DNA of 30,414 bases from Octopus sinensis (GCF_006345805.1 NW_021832306.1:1-30414); one strand, 5' to 3'. Positions 1 to 12,021 are shown, numbered from the stretch's first letter. Numbers and translations are program-made. The notes: generated by a model from the letters alone, not told the origin.

Positions 1-482
1 CACACACCACCCACACATATACACACAAATATATACATACACACACATAACATACACATACACACACATGTCCATATATACACACACATATATATATATA
101 TAGATATATATATATATATATATATACACATATGTGTACCATACATACCTACACATACACACATATATACATACACATACAAACCCATTCCTTATTTTAA
201 TTTTATATTTCATTTATACTTTGTTATCTTTGACCGCGGTCACAAGCATCTTGGCTATCGTCCCCTGGGGACGACAGCAAGTCCATTTATCTTTCTACTG
301 TATATATATATATGTATGTGTATGTATGTGTGTATATATATATGTATATGTATATGTGTGGGTGTGTGTATGTGTATATATGTATGTATGTATAGGTGTA
401 TATATTATATATTATCTATATATATATATAATATATATATATATATGGATATGGATATATATATATACATATATATACATGC

Positions 483-514
<32 letters not shown>

Positions 515-740
515 GCGTATATACATACCCACACCACACTATATATATATATATATTTATATTATATATATTATATATATAATATATATATATTATGTAA
601 TATATAATAAACACACAGATGCTATGCACCGGTACAGGGTTAGACACACAAATCCGCATTCACACATATACACACATCCACACACATGGCACGCTCATAT
701 ACTTTGTATAGTAATACATAAATGTGTCAGTTTTCGCTGA
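1..740. repeat. Compound (CA)n/(TA)n/(TG)n microsatellite
   Basis: Dinucleotide runs read directly; the overlapping ORFs are YI/HT/CV repeats. Confidence 0.95.
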
Positions 741-756
741 ATGATAATTGATATTT

Positions 757-1085
757 CTCTTAAAATATTCATCATCATCATCATCATAAAATGCTTCATC
801 TTTATCATTATTATAATCTATATCATGATCATGATCATAGTCGTTATCAGCATCATTTTCCTCGTCTTCATTACCATCAACTGCTGCTGCGCGGCTGCTG
901 CTGCTGCTGTTGCTGTAGCAACATTATCACCTTTATCTTCATCATCATCCTCATCATCATCCTCATTTTCTTCTTCCGCCTCTTTATCATCCTCGTCACC
1001 CTCATCATCGTCGTCATCTTCATTTCGTCGCCCTCATCATTTTGTCCTCATTACAGCCTCCAGGATCCTTTTTCCCGTCCTTGAT

Positions 1086-1123
<38 letters not shown>

Positions 1124-1150
1124 CATCATCATCGTCGTCATCATCATTAT
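757..1150. repeat. Degenerate (CAT)n/(GCT)n trinucleotide repeat
   Basis: Read directly; gives poly-I/S/H/A ORFs. Confidence 0.9.
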
Positions 1151-1831
1151 CAAACGTATATTTTATCATTGGATATTACCGCACTCTAAAATAACCTCCA
1201 TACCATCGAATTGGTATGTGAAGTTATTTGATCAAGTATCACAACCATTCTTTGTGCGGGTTACGTATATTTGCCTTTAAGTGCGTATATATATATACGC
1301 GTGTGTGTGTGTGTGTATGTGTGTGTGTGCATACGTATGTAATGCATATGCGTGTTTGTGTATGTACAAATATGTATACACCACCATTCATCAAGACACA
1401 CTCACACACACACATATACACATATCCATACACACATACTCATACACATATCATTACAAACGTGTATACAGTCACGAACATATATACACACATACATACA
1501 TTTGTGTGTTATTCGTATATATATTTCTTTGCTATGATGCATTGCAGATTTTTCTTAGCTTTATATATCTTCCTATTTGGCACGTATCATAGCCCCGTGT
1601 CATTAATATATTTTTCCACAGTTATTCGTTGAGCATTTTGAGTGAGTAATTCTCACATGTCAGAATGTTAATTGTACACTGGATTACCATATAAAGATTT
1701 CTCCGAGGAATTTAACTGCATGCTATGCTTTTTCGAATTATTCATTATTATAACATCAGCCTTGTATAATTTCGCTGGTGTAGCGGTATTCACGATCCTC
1801 AAGCGGACACAGTAAATATTGTCTTACCCAC

Positions 1832-1878
1832 TCCGTCTGAAGAGGTGAATAGTAACTGAAACAATTTTTTGTCACAGA
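1832..1878 (+). ncRNA. Decayed type-I hammerhead-ribozyme-like motif
   Basis: TCCGT-CTGAAGA-GGTgaatagtaACT-GAAA-CAAttttTTG-TC-ACAGA. Core intact, stem I 4/5 pairs, stem II 3 bp with G.U, stem III 4 bp. Confidence 0.4.
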
Positions 1879-1981
1879 AATGACCGGTCAGGCAGTAGAA
1901 CACTTATTTGTTTATACGATATGTTGTTTCTATTTGATTACATTTACTTAAGACTAAGGTCGTAACCCCAACAATTTATAA

Positions 1982-4181
1982 CACAATGTAACACATGTTT
2001 TGTTTATTTGTATTTTTTGATGTTCATATATGCATCTTTTGCCACTAAATTCAAAAGTCACATTTGTTTTGACGTAACATCGATAGTTATTTATTTATTC
2101 CTAATTTCACATTTGCTCGTTATATTTGTAACTTTTCTCTACAGCACTTTGTTGGTTCAATCTATTCTAGTATTGTAAGGATAATTACACAACATTTAGT
2201 ACTTTTTTCATATATTGAAAGGTATTTAGGAAGTATAATATTAGTTAGAACAAAAAGAAACAATAAAATTCTGCTCTGTAAATGCCTTGATAACTCTTTT
2301 CTTAAGATGGGAAGTGCTTTGGCTCGATCGAGATTTTCTGGAGTGTATACCTTCATCTCTTTTGACTAGAGACCATATATAATCTCCCATCATAGCAGTA
2401 TCCCATCGTCCTTGGTATCTTCTTTCCATAGTTGCAATGTCCTGATGAAATATTTCACCATGCTCCTCACTGACATCACCCAAGTTTTCGGAGAAAAATC
2501 TAGGTGAGAGTGCAAAAAATTAACCTTTAAGGACATACGACAACCGATTTTCTTGAAGTTTTCAATAAGCTTTACTACCAGTTGTTTGTAATTAGGAACC
2601 TTGTGATTTCCTAGAAATCCCCGAACTACATCACGAAATGCACACCAAGCTTCTTTCCAGTTTCTTCCACTTTAACATTGCATTTAATTGGGGCCCAACA
2701 AATATGCTACCTTTGATCTCTAGCCTCAGATAGCTTTGGAAACAAGACAAATTTCTTGAAAAGCTTCTCCTCTAAAATCTAAGGCCATCACAAACTGTTT
2801 TACCAATCCGAGTTTGATATGAATTGGGAGTAATAAGATTTTGTCGGAATCTACTAGTGGCTGTTTGAGAACATTTAACATTCCTGGCTTCAGTTCCACT
2901 CGTGGGGGCCAATGTACTCTCTTGTAATGATCATCATCAGCTCTGCTGTCCCATAAGCAAAGGAAACATGAATACTTTGTGTATCCCCCTTGCAAGCCAA
3001 GCAAGAAGGCAAGCATCTTGAAATCACCACAAACATCCCACTTGAACTCAGCGTAATTTATTTTGTCAAGAAGTCCTTTGACATTATCGTAATTTTCTTT
3101 CTTCTGTATGGAGTGTGCAAGAGGCAAAGAAGGATATTTATTTCCATTGAGGAGCAACACTGCTTTGAGCGTGTTGAGCTATCTATGAACAGTCACCATT
3201 CTGCAGAATTATGCTTGAGTCCAATAGCAGTAAACAAACCAATCACATCTTTACAATAACACAGATCATTAATATTTTCATAGTAAATTTCAAATTCTTC
3301 ATGGCGTTTCCGGTACACAGATGTCTTGCAGTCTTCTCCAGTAGATTCCATTCCTTCAACCTTGATGGAAGAAGTTCAGCTCCTGACTTAGTAAGATCCA
3401 TATCCCTGATTAAATCATCTAGCTCGCTCTGATTTGGAAAGTGAGGCTCTGAAGTCGTTTTTGGTACGAAAGCTTCCTCCATTTCTTGGCTGCTGCTACT
3501 TGTTGACTCTTCAGATGAAATATTTTCTGGTGGTAGTGGTACTCGTAAACTGTCATCATATGGGACAGGTGCTCTAGATGGTGGTATGTCTGGATACTGA
3601 AGGGTTTGTCTTCCTTTCACTTTTCTGTACTTTGTCACATTGATCATACAAAAGTAACAGTCATCGTGATGGTTCTTTGGCTCTTTCCATACCCTTGGAA
3701 TGACAAAAGCCATTGACATTCCTGTACCTCTTAACCATCCTTCTAGAGTAGATTGACAGCTTCTACATATCACATGTGGGGCCCATGGTTTTTGCTGGTC
3801 ACCCATAGGCATTCCGAAATAGAGTCTGTATGCTCTCCGCAATTTGGCACCTTTCACGATTTTATGTAATAACTACTTTTTTCAATATAATAACCACATA
3901 CATAGCAAAACGTATCTGGAGAATTTTTACATATTCTAGTAGTCATCCTGAAAGTAACAGAACTTAGTAATTGGTCTGAAAGAGAAAATTAGACATAAAT
4001 TTAGTAGCAGAACATTATAACAATACCGAATATATAATAACATTGAAAGTCGACATAATTTTTTAACTGTTGATGATACACAAAAAATAATTTCATTTTT
4101 GGAATCAGCAGAAAAAATGGATTGATAAACAATAAAAAAAATACAATAAACAAATTTTGTTTTGAAAATTGTTACGTTGTG
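1982..4181 (-). mobile_element. Complete CMC-superfamily (Chapaev3-like) DNA transposon, 2200 bp, inactive
   Basis: TIRs CACAATGTAACA (1982-1993) and TGTTACGTTGTG (4170-4181) match 11/12, with a further shared subterminal TTTGTTTATT(T)GTATTTTT. TAA flanks both ends (1979-1981, 4182-4184). The Chapaev3 assignment rests on recalled CAC termini, TWA TSD and transposase motifs. Confidence 0.85.
2241..3946 (-). pseudogene. Disrupted Chapaev3-like transposase
   Basis: Starts MTTRICKNSPDTFCYVCG at 3946. Motifs PWAPHVICRSC, EPKNHHDDCYFC, EW*LFIDSS (stop 3193-3195), CGDFK, KYSCFLCLWDSR, LPIHIKLGLVKQFV and SEEHGEIFHQD lie in different frames, so several frameshifts are present. Confidence 0.85.
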
Positions 4182-4477
4182 TAATCATTTTTAAGTATTC
4201 CTTTACGATTTTCAGTCAGTAATGCTTTATTTTAAGCCAACTATGATGTTTTCTATTGAACCACGGTGAGTTTTATTGATACATATACATACACACAAAT
4301 ACACTTATGTATGTGTGTATATGCATATACGTAAATACACGTGTGTGAGCGTATTTATTTGTTACATATGTACATACACACGAAAAGTTTATGTATATAT
4401 ACATGTGTGTGTGTGTGTTTGTGAGTGATTTCGATGGAGACGAGCAAGCCAAGAGTCCGAACTTACAAACTTTCCTC

Positions 4478-4545
4478 TGGTTCAGCAGTTAGAGCGTCGA
4501 TCTTATGATCGTGAGGTTGTGAGTTCGATTTCGGGACCGGGCTGC
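4478..4545 (+). mobile_element. tRNA-SINE family D, head fragment only
   Basis: GTTAGAGCGTCGATCTTATGATCGTGAGGTTGTGAGTTCGATTTCGGGACCGGGCTGC matches the head of the 13121-13479 copy. Confidence 0.65.
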
Positions 4546-5163
4546 ATAAATACAAACACACACACACACACACACATGCAAACACACATACATATATGTA
4601 TGTAAATATACCTATAAATACACACATAGTCTTTTTCTGTCACGTTCATCTTCGCTAAAGAACTTACCAACCCAGGACAGTGGATCAGCGTCTTAGTTTT
4701 TTTGTGTGTGGGCGTATTGCACTTGTGGGATGTGTCCGAACTAAGTGTTGTGAGTTCAAGCAGTCCCACTTACTGGCGTCCCATCATTAATCAGGCTTTT
4801 GCCAAGCGCTGGCATCAAGTCTAATGTGATAAAGGCATTGCCAATGAAACTCCAATGAACTCATAAAAACCTAATGTGGCGTCAATTCATAATAGGACTG
4901 GTGCATCCGGAGGGTGCGGCTGAATTTTTTCATTTCATCATATCTATACAGACATGTATCTGTGTGTAAACGTTAGTGTGCGTATGATTCTATATGAGTA
5001 CACACACACATACATACACACACATATCTATATATACATATGCATATATATGCGTTTATATTATACATTTAAGTATATGTATATATTTTATACGTAGAAA
5101 CTGACGTGTAGGCATGTATATATCTGATTCTCTCGTTTAATTTTCGTGTTCCTTTGCAACAGA

Positions 5164-5195
<32 letters not shown>

Positions 5196-5334
5196 TGAAT
5201 GAGGGAGAGAAAGAGGCCAGTGTCTTTTATTATCAATAAATCAACAAAAGCTCTTCTTTGTTAGAGTTTATATATTTCTAGGTATTTGTAGTCCGTGAGA
5301 AAACTTAATCGCATAACGCTCTCATATACATATA

Positions 5335-5419
5335 CATATATATATATATTATATATCGAATATATTATAATATATATATAATATGTGTGTATATATATAT
5401 ATAATATATATATATATAT

Positions 5420-5474
<55 letters not shown>

Positions 5475-5502
5475 TATATTATATATATAGATACATATAT
5501 AT

Positions 5503-5533
<31 letters not shown>

Positions 5534-5545
5534 GTATATTATATA
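5335..5545. repeat. (TA)n microsatellite
   Basis: Read directly. Confidence 0.95.
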
Positions 5546-6018
5546 TTTGTAATATACATCTCATACACGCACACACACACATAATGCATTCTCATGTGTT
5601 TGCATGAATCTTTTTTCCAGATGAGTGAACGACTGAAGTTTTGGTATGTTACACGGCATTATTCTCCTCTTTTGGAATCCTACCAGTTAGACGTTGCTAC
5701 GTTAGCATTAATTTCAAGCAACGCTCTCTAACCATTGTTAACTTTACAAAGCTTTATTCACCGACGGTTGTTCTTGTTGCTGCTGTTGTTCCTTTTGTTG
5801 TTGCTGTTGTTGTTGCTAACAGAAGCTAGACTGAAGGAAGGAACAATATTTTCACTTATATTCAATGTTATCTGAAATAGTCATGCATATTGTTACATCA
5901 GTCGAGCGAATGATGCAGGAGGCCGTTTCGGGTCATGAAGTCATTTAACTGTAAGATGATGGTTTATTGACAAGTGAGATTAAGAAGAGCAACGGCCAAG
6001 ATATATATATGTGCATAT

Positions 6019-6051
<33 letters not shown>

Positions 6052-6136
6052 ATATATATATATATATATAATATATATATATGCACATATATTATCCAAT
6101 TATATATATATTATATATATATATATATATATATTA

Positions 6137-6174
6137 CAGTTGAAAAGGTCTCAAAATGACCGAAACCGGTACTG
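6137..6174 (+). ncRNA. Decayed minimal hammerhead-like motif beside a (TA)n tract
   Basis: CAG-TTGAAAA-GGTCtcaaaatGACC-GAAA-CCGG-TA-CTG. Stems I and II are perfect and stem III is palindromic. The core differs from CTGANGA at C3 and G8, both transitions. Confidence 0.5.
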
Positions 6175-6231
6175 AAAGATTCACTATAAAATCATCTTAG
6201 CATTTTCTATTTTTGACTTGTTTTTTCATAT

Positions 6232-6284
<53 letters not shown>

Positions 6285-6430
6285 TACGGCATATCTGGTG
6301 GTGTTTTGAAGAAAACGAAGACAATTTACTTCTACTTTAAATAAACGTTTGCAAAAGGCTGAACTCCTCGAAAGGTACACATAGGTCAGGTCTTATGGGC
6401 TAAATCTATCGGACCGAATTCTACTCGATG

Positions 6431-6478
<48 letters not shown>

Positions 6479-6783
6479 CCATCATCATCACCATCATCAT
6501 CATCATCATCATCATTATCACCATCATCATCATCATCATATCATCGTTAACCTCCTCCTTCTCCTCCTCCTCATCATCATCATCACCGTCATCCTCATCC
6601 TCCTCTTCATCATCATCATCATCGTCATCGTCATCAACGGCGTCGTCATCATCATCATCATCATCATTCTCATCATCAACGTCATCATCATCATCATCAT
6701 ATCATCGTTATCCTCCTCCTCCTCCTCCTCATCATCATCATCATTACCGTCATCCTCATCCTCCTCTTCTTCATCATCATCAT
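6431..6783. repeat. (CAT)n/(CCT)n trinucleotide repeat
   Basis: Read directly. Confidence 0.95.
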
Positions 6784-7099
6784 GAACTTCTGGATATGAC
6801 GTGTGCCGAAACGATCGTTGTGATAAATAAGTTTTCCAGGACACTCTTGCGTATCAATCATTTAGGATATATGATAATACTTATCTATAGCTGTGCACGT
6901 ACGCATAGGCACACAAATATGTATCTATTATGTGTCATCTACATGATTATTCTATTTTAGAAATAAATGCTGAATACTCAAGAATAACTTAATGACTTAT
7001 AATGAGTTGCTTGAAATCACAATGGCAAGATATCACCATAGCTACGTATGGACAGGCAGCCTTAGTCTCTCACCATTTATCGTTTCATTCTTTCCGTTT

Positions 7100-7195
7100 G
7101 TGAGTTCTGATGGTCCTGGTGCTGACTTTGTCTTTCATCCCTCCAGGGTTGATGAAATAAATTACCAATCATGCATTGGTGTTGATTAAATCGCT
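7100..7195 (+). mobile_element. Old family-A SINE body fragment
   Basis: GACTTTGTCTTTCATCCCTCCAGGGTTGATGAAATAAATTACCAAT resembles the family-A core in the adjacent copy. Confidence 0.45.
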
Positions 7196-7229
7196 TCCCT
7201 CACTAAACGGTAAAAAAAAAGGAAATAAA

Positions 7230-7464
7230 GGCGGCGAGCTGGCAGAAACGTTAGCACACCGGGCGAAATGAGTAACCGTATTTGGTAGGCCGTTACGTTC
7301 TGAGTTCAAATTCTGCCGGGGTCGACTTTGCTTTTCATCCTTTCGAGGTCGATTAAATAAGTACCAGTTACGCACTGGGGTAGGTATAATGGACTTAATC
7401 CGTTTGTCTGTCCTTGTTTGTCCGCTCTGTGTTTAGTCCCTTGTGGATAGTAAAGAAATAGGTA
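7230..7464 (+). mobile_element. tRNA-SINE family A (head plus one 184-bp-type body unit)
   Basis: Head GGCGGCGAGCTGGCAGAAACGTTAGC, B-box-like GAGTTCAAATTC, core CTTTTCATCCTTTCGAGGTCGAT..AGTACC (recalled as Nin/Deu-domain-like). Near-identical to 23515-23747 reversed. Confidence 0.85.
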
Positions 7465-7974
7465 AAAAATGGAAATAGAAGAAACGCCCTTTCACTTTTA
7501 GTCTCTGAAGAAATGTTTGGGCATGTAGAAAACATTTCGTACCCTACAAAAACCGTAGATGTTGTTGTTTAATCTCTTACCAGACCTTATCAAATACATC
7601 CTGGTCGTAACCATTGCTCTTTTCTATATATCTCAAATTACATTGAGAAATATGCTTTTATTTCTAGAAAACTGCAAGTCGTCTTTTAATGGAGATTTGC
7701 TTACTATTTCTAGCTGACCACGTCGAGACCTGCTCACATAACTCATTTTTTAAGAATTTGAAAGTGTTTGCGTCCAATTGTGTATGTTTTAATATCCACG
7801 TCAAGTTTCATTTTTGTGTGTGCTTTGTGTGTATAAAGAGGTGGGTGTCTGTTGTTATTTATATGCGTATATGTGTCCCTGTCAATGAATTACTGTGTGT
7901 GTATATGATGTTGTGTGTATTTTTAATGTTACGTATGTGCTTGCGTTGTTGTTATTGTTTAAATATATTTTTGT

Positions 7975-8109
7975 TTATATATGTGTGTATGCATATATAA
8001 ATATATATATATATGTACACTATATACTATATATATATATGTACATATGTACACATATATATGTGTGTATGTATGTGTGTATATATGCATATATATATAT
8101 GTATGTATG

Positions 8110-8192
<83 letters not shown>

Positions 8193-8195
8193 ACA
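7975..8195. repeat. (TA)n/(TATG)n microsatellite
   Basis: Read directly. Confidence 0.95.
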
Positions 8196-8614
8196 TGCAT
8201 TCATCGTGCCGTCATAATTTAGCCAACGAGATACTCCTGTTTGTGGTACCAGTTAGTGAAAACTCCCATTCAAAGCGAAATCTTTACAAAAAGTACTTAA
8301 AACAACATGTCTGCCGTGTTAATGGACAACCCCCTCATTCCGCCACCTCATTCCCCTCCTCTCCTTCCTTCCTCTCCTTCCCTCCTTCCCTCCACTCCCA
8401 CTATTCTTTTCTCCATTTTCGTTTAAAACTCATGGTTTTGTTTTTCCTTTTTTCCCTTCTATTTATCCTTCTTTTTCTTCCCTTTTGTTTTCTTCCCTTT
8501 TTTTTCCTCTTCCTTTTTCTTCTCCTTTTCCTTTACGAAGAAATGCTGTCGTTTAGTCTTTTAGTTTTCCATTATTTTAATATGATTCTATTCCACATTA
8601 TTGTTGGTGTTTTT

Positions 8615-8629
8615 ATTATATTATTATTA

Positions 8630-8672
<43 letters not shown>

Positions 8673-8808
8673 TATTATTATTATTATTATTATTTACTTT
8701 CTTTTTATCATTTCATTATTATATGTAAGCACCCACACTTTATATCTGTCTTTGTATTGTCCGCCTCAGCTTTCGCCCTTGTGGCAAATAAATGAAATCA
8801 TCATCGTT

Positions 8809-8877
<69 letters not shown>

Positions 8878-8898
8878 ATTAGTAGTAGTAGTAGTAGT

Positions 8899-8959
<61 letters not shown>

Positions 8960-8960
8960 A
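8615..8960. repeat. (ATT)n/(AGT)n/(AGC)n trinucleotide tracts
   Basis: Read directly. Confidence 0.95.
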
Positions 8961-9471
8961 TGTCTTCATAAGCTTTCGTCTTCCAAGGAAAGGAATCGCT
9001 ATTGCCGTTTTTGTTGTTTTTATTATTGTTATCATTATTATATATTTTTACCGTTTTTTTCTTCTCTTCTTTTTTTTGTAGTTGTTATTCTATTTTCCTT
9101 TCATTCATTTTGGTTTCATTTCTAAGCTTTCGTATATCGGGGTCCTCTTCACCCCCTCCGTCCCCCACCCCACCCCACCCCAACCAGCACCATTCCCTCC
9201 TCCTCCTCTTCCTCTTCCTTATTTTCGGCTTCTCACATCTCCCCATCCACCGGTTCCTTTCTTTCGCTGATTTGTTTTCAAACATCCATTTTGTTATTAA
9301 ATATTTTTGTATTCATTTATTTCCCCCCACCCCCCACGCCCCATCATTTCTCCACTCCCCCTCACCCCTCACCCCAATGTACCAAATGAAAAAGAATATA
9401 GCCTACAACAAAAAAACGCCAAACAACAAAATAAAAATCATCAAAAGTTAAATATAAGTATATGTAAATAT

Positions 9472-10095
9472 GGTGGCGGCGACGGTGGTGGTGGTGGTGG
9501 TGGTGGTGGTGGTGGTAATATCCGTGTTAATGGCTGTATTGGTCTTGCTGGTGAGGGTGGGGTTGGAGGTGGTATTGGCGGCGGCGGCGGCGGTGACGGC
9601 GGCGGTGGCGGCATTAGTGTAGCATTGATAAGTTATGACATTGGTAGCGTTGGTCATGTTACTACTGTTGCTGTAGAAGGTAAAAGTAGTTAGTGGTGGT
9701 GGTGAGGGTGAGGGTGGTGAGGGTGGTGGTGAGGGTGGTGGTGAGGGTGGTGGTGGTGGTGGTGGTGAGGGTGAGGGTGAGGGTTGTGAGGGTGGTTGTG
9801 GTTGTGGTGAGGGTGAGGGTGGCGAGGGTGGTGGTGGTGAGGGTGGTGAGGGCGGTGGTGGTGAGGGCGGTGGTGGTGAGGGCGGTGGTGGTGAGGGTGG
9901 TGAGGGTAGTGAGGGTGAGGGGGTGGTAGTGATAGTGCTAGTGCCAGTGGTGGTGGTGGTGGTGGTGGTGGTGGAGGAGGTGAGGGTGGTGGTGGTGGAG
10001 GAGGTGAGGGTGGTGGTGGTGCAGGTAATATCCGTGTTAATGGTGGCGGCATTAGTGTGGCATTGATAGTTATGGCATTGGTAGTGGTGGTGATG
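9472..10095. repeat. G-rich (GGT)n/(GAGGGT)n/(GGC)n tract containing duplicated unique motifs
   Basis: Read directly; many GGG tracts separated by 3-9 nt. Confidence 0.9.
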
Positions 10096-10902
10096 TTGGT
10101 ATTGTTGTTGCAGAAGGTGGTGGAATTGCTGAAAGAGGAACCGGTACAAAGCCAAGTGATTACGTCTTGTTTTTCTTTTTCTTTCTTCTTTCTTCTTTCT
10201 TCCCCCGCCACTCTCCTTTCTTCTTTTTTCCCCCTCCCGTGTCTTTCTTTCTCTTCCTTCCTTCTCCACCAGGAAGTGTTTGTTTACCTTTCCGAACGAC
10301 TTTAGAGTTAAAGGCGTCACTAACAGTGTCAAAGACTTTTCCTGCAAACATTCAACCGATGAAACCAATTCTATGAAAGGTGATATTTGTACAGCCTGCC
10401 TTCCCTCTCCTCCACCTTCCCCTACTCCTTTTTCCTCATACTCCCTTTCGTCGTCTTCTTGTTTTCCTTCGGAAGGTAACCATCAACAAACTCATTTATT
10501 TACCGTTTATTGTCTAATCTTTTCGTTTCCTTTTGCTCTCCCCATCATTGTGTTATTACAGTTCTCGTCACTCTAGTTATTGCCTATTGTTGTTGTTGTT
10601 TAACCCCTGGTCGCTTATGCTTGAACAGGCATATCTGTGGCTGCAAGTACTCCAGCCATGACAACCCCAGCATGTTTTCTCAGTTACTGAATTATAGCAT
10701 TCAACATATTCTTTATTTAAGCTGTTGCAAACTAATTTGAGGTTAATCCGGGCTACTATGATGCCTGTCTCTGTTCTACACCCCTCGCTCTCTACCTTCT
10801 CTCGCTCAAAAATTATACAGAAATATATTGTTTCTTCATTTTATATCTATGTGTGTGTACGTATGTATGTGTGCGTGCATGTGTTGGCAGGTGTGTGCGT
10901 CT

Positions 10903-10939
<37 letters not shown>

Positions 10940-10962
10940 ATATATTATATATATAATATATA

Positions 10963-11007
<45 letters not shown>

Positions 11008-11018
11008 TATATATATAT

Positions 11019-11058
<40 letters not shown>

Positions 11059-11362
11059 CGTATATATAATATATATACGTATATATATATATATATTGTT
11101 TGATTTTCGTTACTTTTCCTCTCTGCCTGTGTGAATTTGTTTTCAAGTATTTTGGTTTCTCTGGGAGTCCCCTTTTTAAAGTAGAAGAAATAGCTAAGGT
11201 TTTTGGGTGCTATTTCTAAACTTCAGTATGTGGTAAAGCAAATCTTTGCTGACCCTAATTATTAAGTATTACTTAGTTTACGTGAAATGGTCCTTTTTTC
11301 ATGCCGAATTCTACTTGGTGAAATTATTGATTACTTCTTAATTAATTAATTTTACTCTTTGT

Positions 11363-11406
<44 letters not shown>

Positions 11407-11427
11407 ATAGTAGTTGAAAAATATCGT

Positions 11428-11493
11428 TATAGGTATAAAATACCATAAACAATTATAGAAAATTATAATTATTTATGGTATTTTATACCTATA
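11428..11493. repeat. Near-perfect 66-bp palindrome
   Basis: TATAGGTATAAAATACCATAAA (11428-11449) is the exact reverse complement of 11472-11493. After one C/A mismatch, AATTATA pairs with TATAATT around a 6-nt loop. Confidence 0.9.
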
Positions 11494-11649
11494 CCATTTT
11501 CATATTTTTATTACTTGCTCTGGCTGTTTTTTTATGAATATATTTTTATCAGAAATCATTCTTTTCTCTCTTTTTGGACCTTTCAGAAAGCTTAAATTGT
11601 TCTTTTTTTGAACTTATTTTTCCCATAGACATACATACATACATACATA

Positions 11650-11855
11650 CATACATGCATACCGTTGGCGATTTTTTTCCCCTCCGTCTTCCCTTCCTTG
11701 GATCTTTCCTTTTCCTGTGTTTCTGACGAAGAGCTCCGCTCGAAACGCAAAATCCTCTTTCTTTCCTTTCCTGAGCGTCCAATAACACTAGACTTGTTCC
11801 ACGTCCCCGCGTTGTTGAGTTTTTTTTTGTGTGTTTTCATGTTTGGATTAACTAT
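11650..11855 (+). mobile_element. Short pyrimidine-rich repeat between microsatellites carrying a hammerhead-like motif (Penelope pLTR-like)
   Basis: Complex sequence bounded by (CATA)n and (TA)n and containing the motif at 11719-11753. The Penelope link is inference. Confidence 0.4.
11719..11753 (+). ncRNA. Minimal hammerhead-like motif, U16.1 mutated to C
   Basis: GTTT-CTGACGA-A-GAGCtccGCTC-GAAA-CG-CA-AAAT. Confidence 0.5.
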
Positions 11856-11984
11856 TTATATATAATAAATATTCGGCGAGTTAACTTAGGATTCTTTAAC
11901 GACAATGTGACCTTCATATAATCAAGGTATAGACACAACACACACACATACACACACACACACACACTTACACACTTACACACG

Positions 11985-12021
<37 letters not shown>

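Noticed and set aside
134-1632. ORFs of 60-180 aa (YI/CV/HT, poly-I/S)
   Set aside because: Translations of di- and trinucleotide microsatellites, which lack stops in most frames. The same applies to similar ORFs across the window.
6808-6819. GAAACGATCGTT, a hammerhead-like 3' half with a palindromic loop
   Set aside because: No CTGANGA or stem II upstream; at best a fragment.
6536-6844. Acidic/Met-rich 102-aa ORF
   Set aside because: (CAT)n read on the minus strand.
7504-7540. CTGAAGA followed by a 9-bp hairpin
   Set aside because: The GAAA lies within the stem and there is no stem III/UH, so the topology is wrong for a hammerhead.
9448-10368. 306-aa Pro/Thr-rich ORF resembling an extensin or mucin
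   Set aside because: Produced by (GGT)n/(GAGGGT)n; several frames on both strands are open and no domain is present.
10588-10680. Possible additional repeat family starting TGTTGTTGTTTAA (also near 7560-7620)
   Set aside because: Similarity between the two sites is too weak to support by eye.
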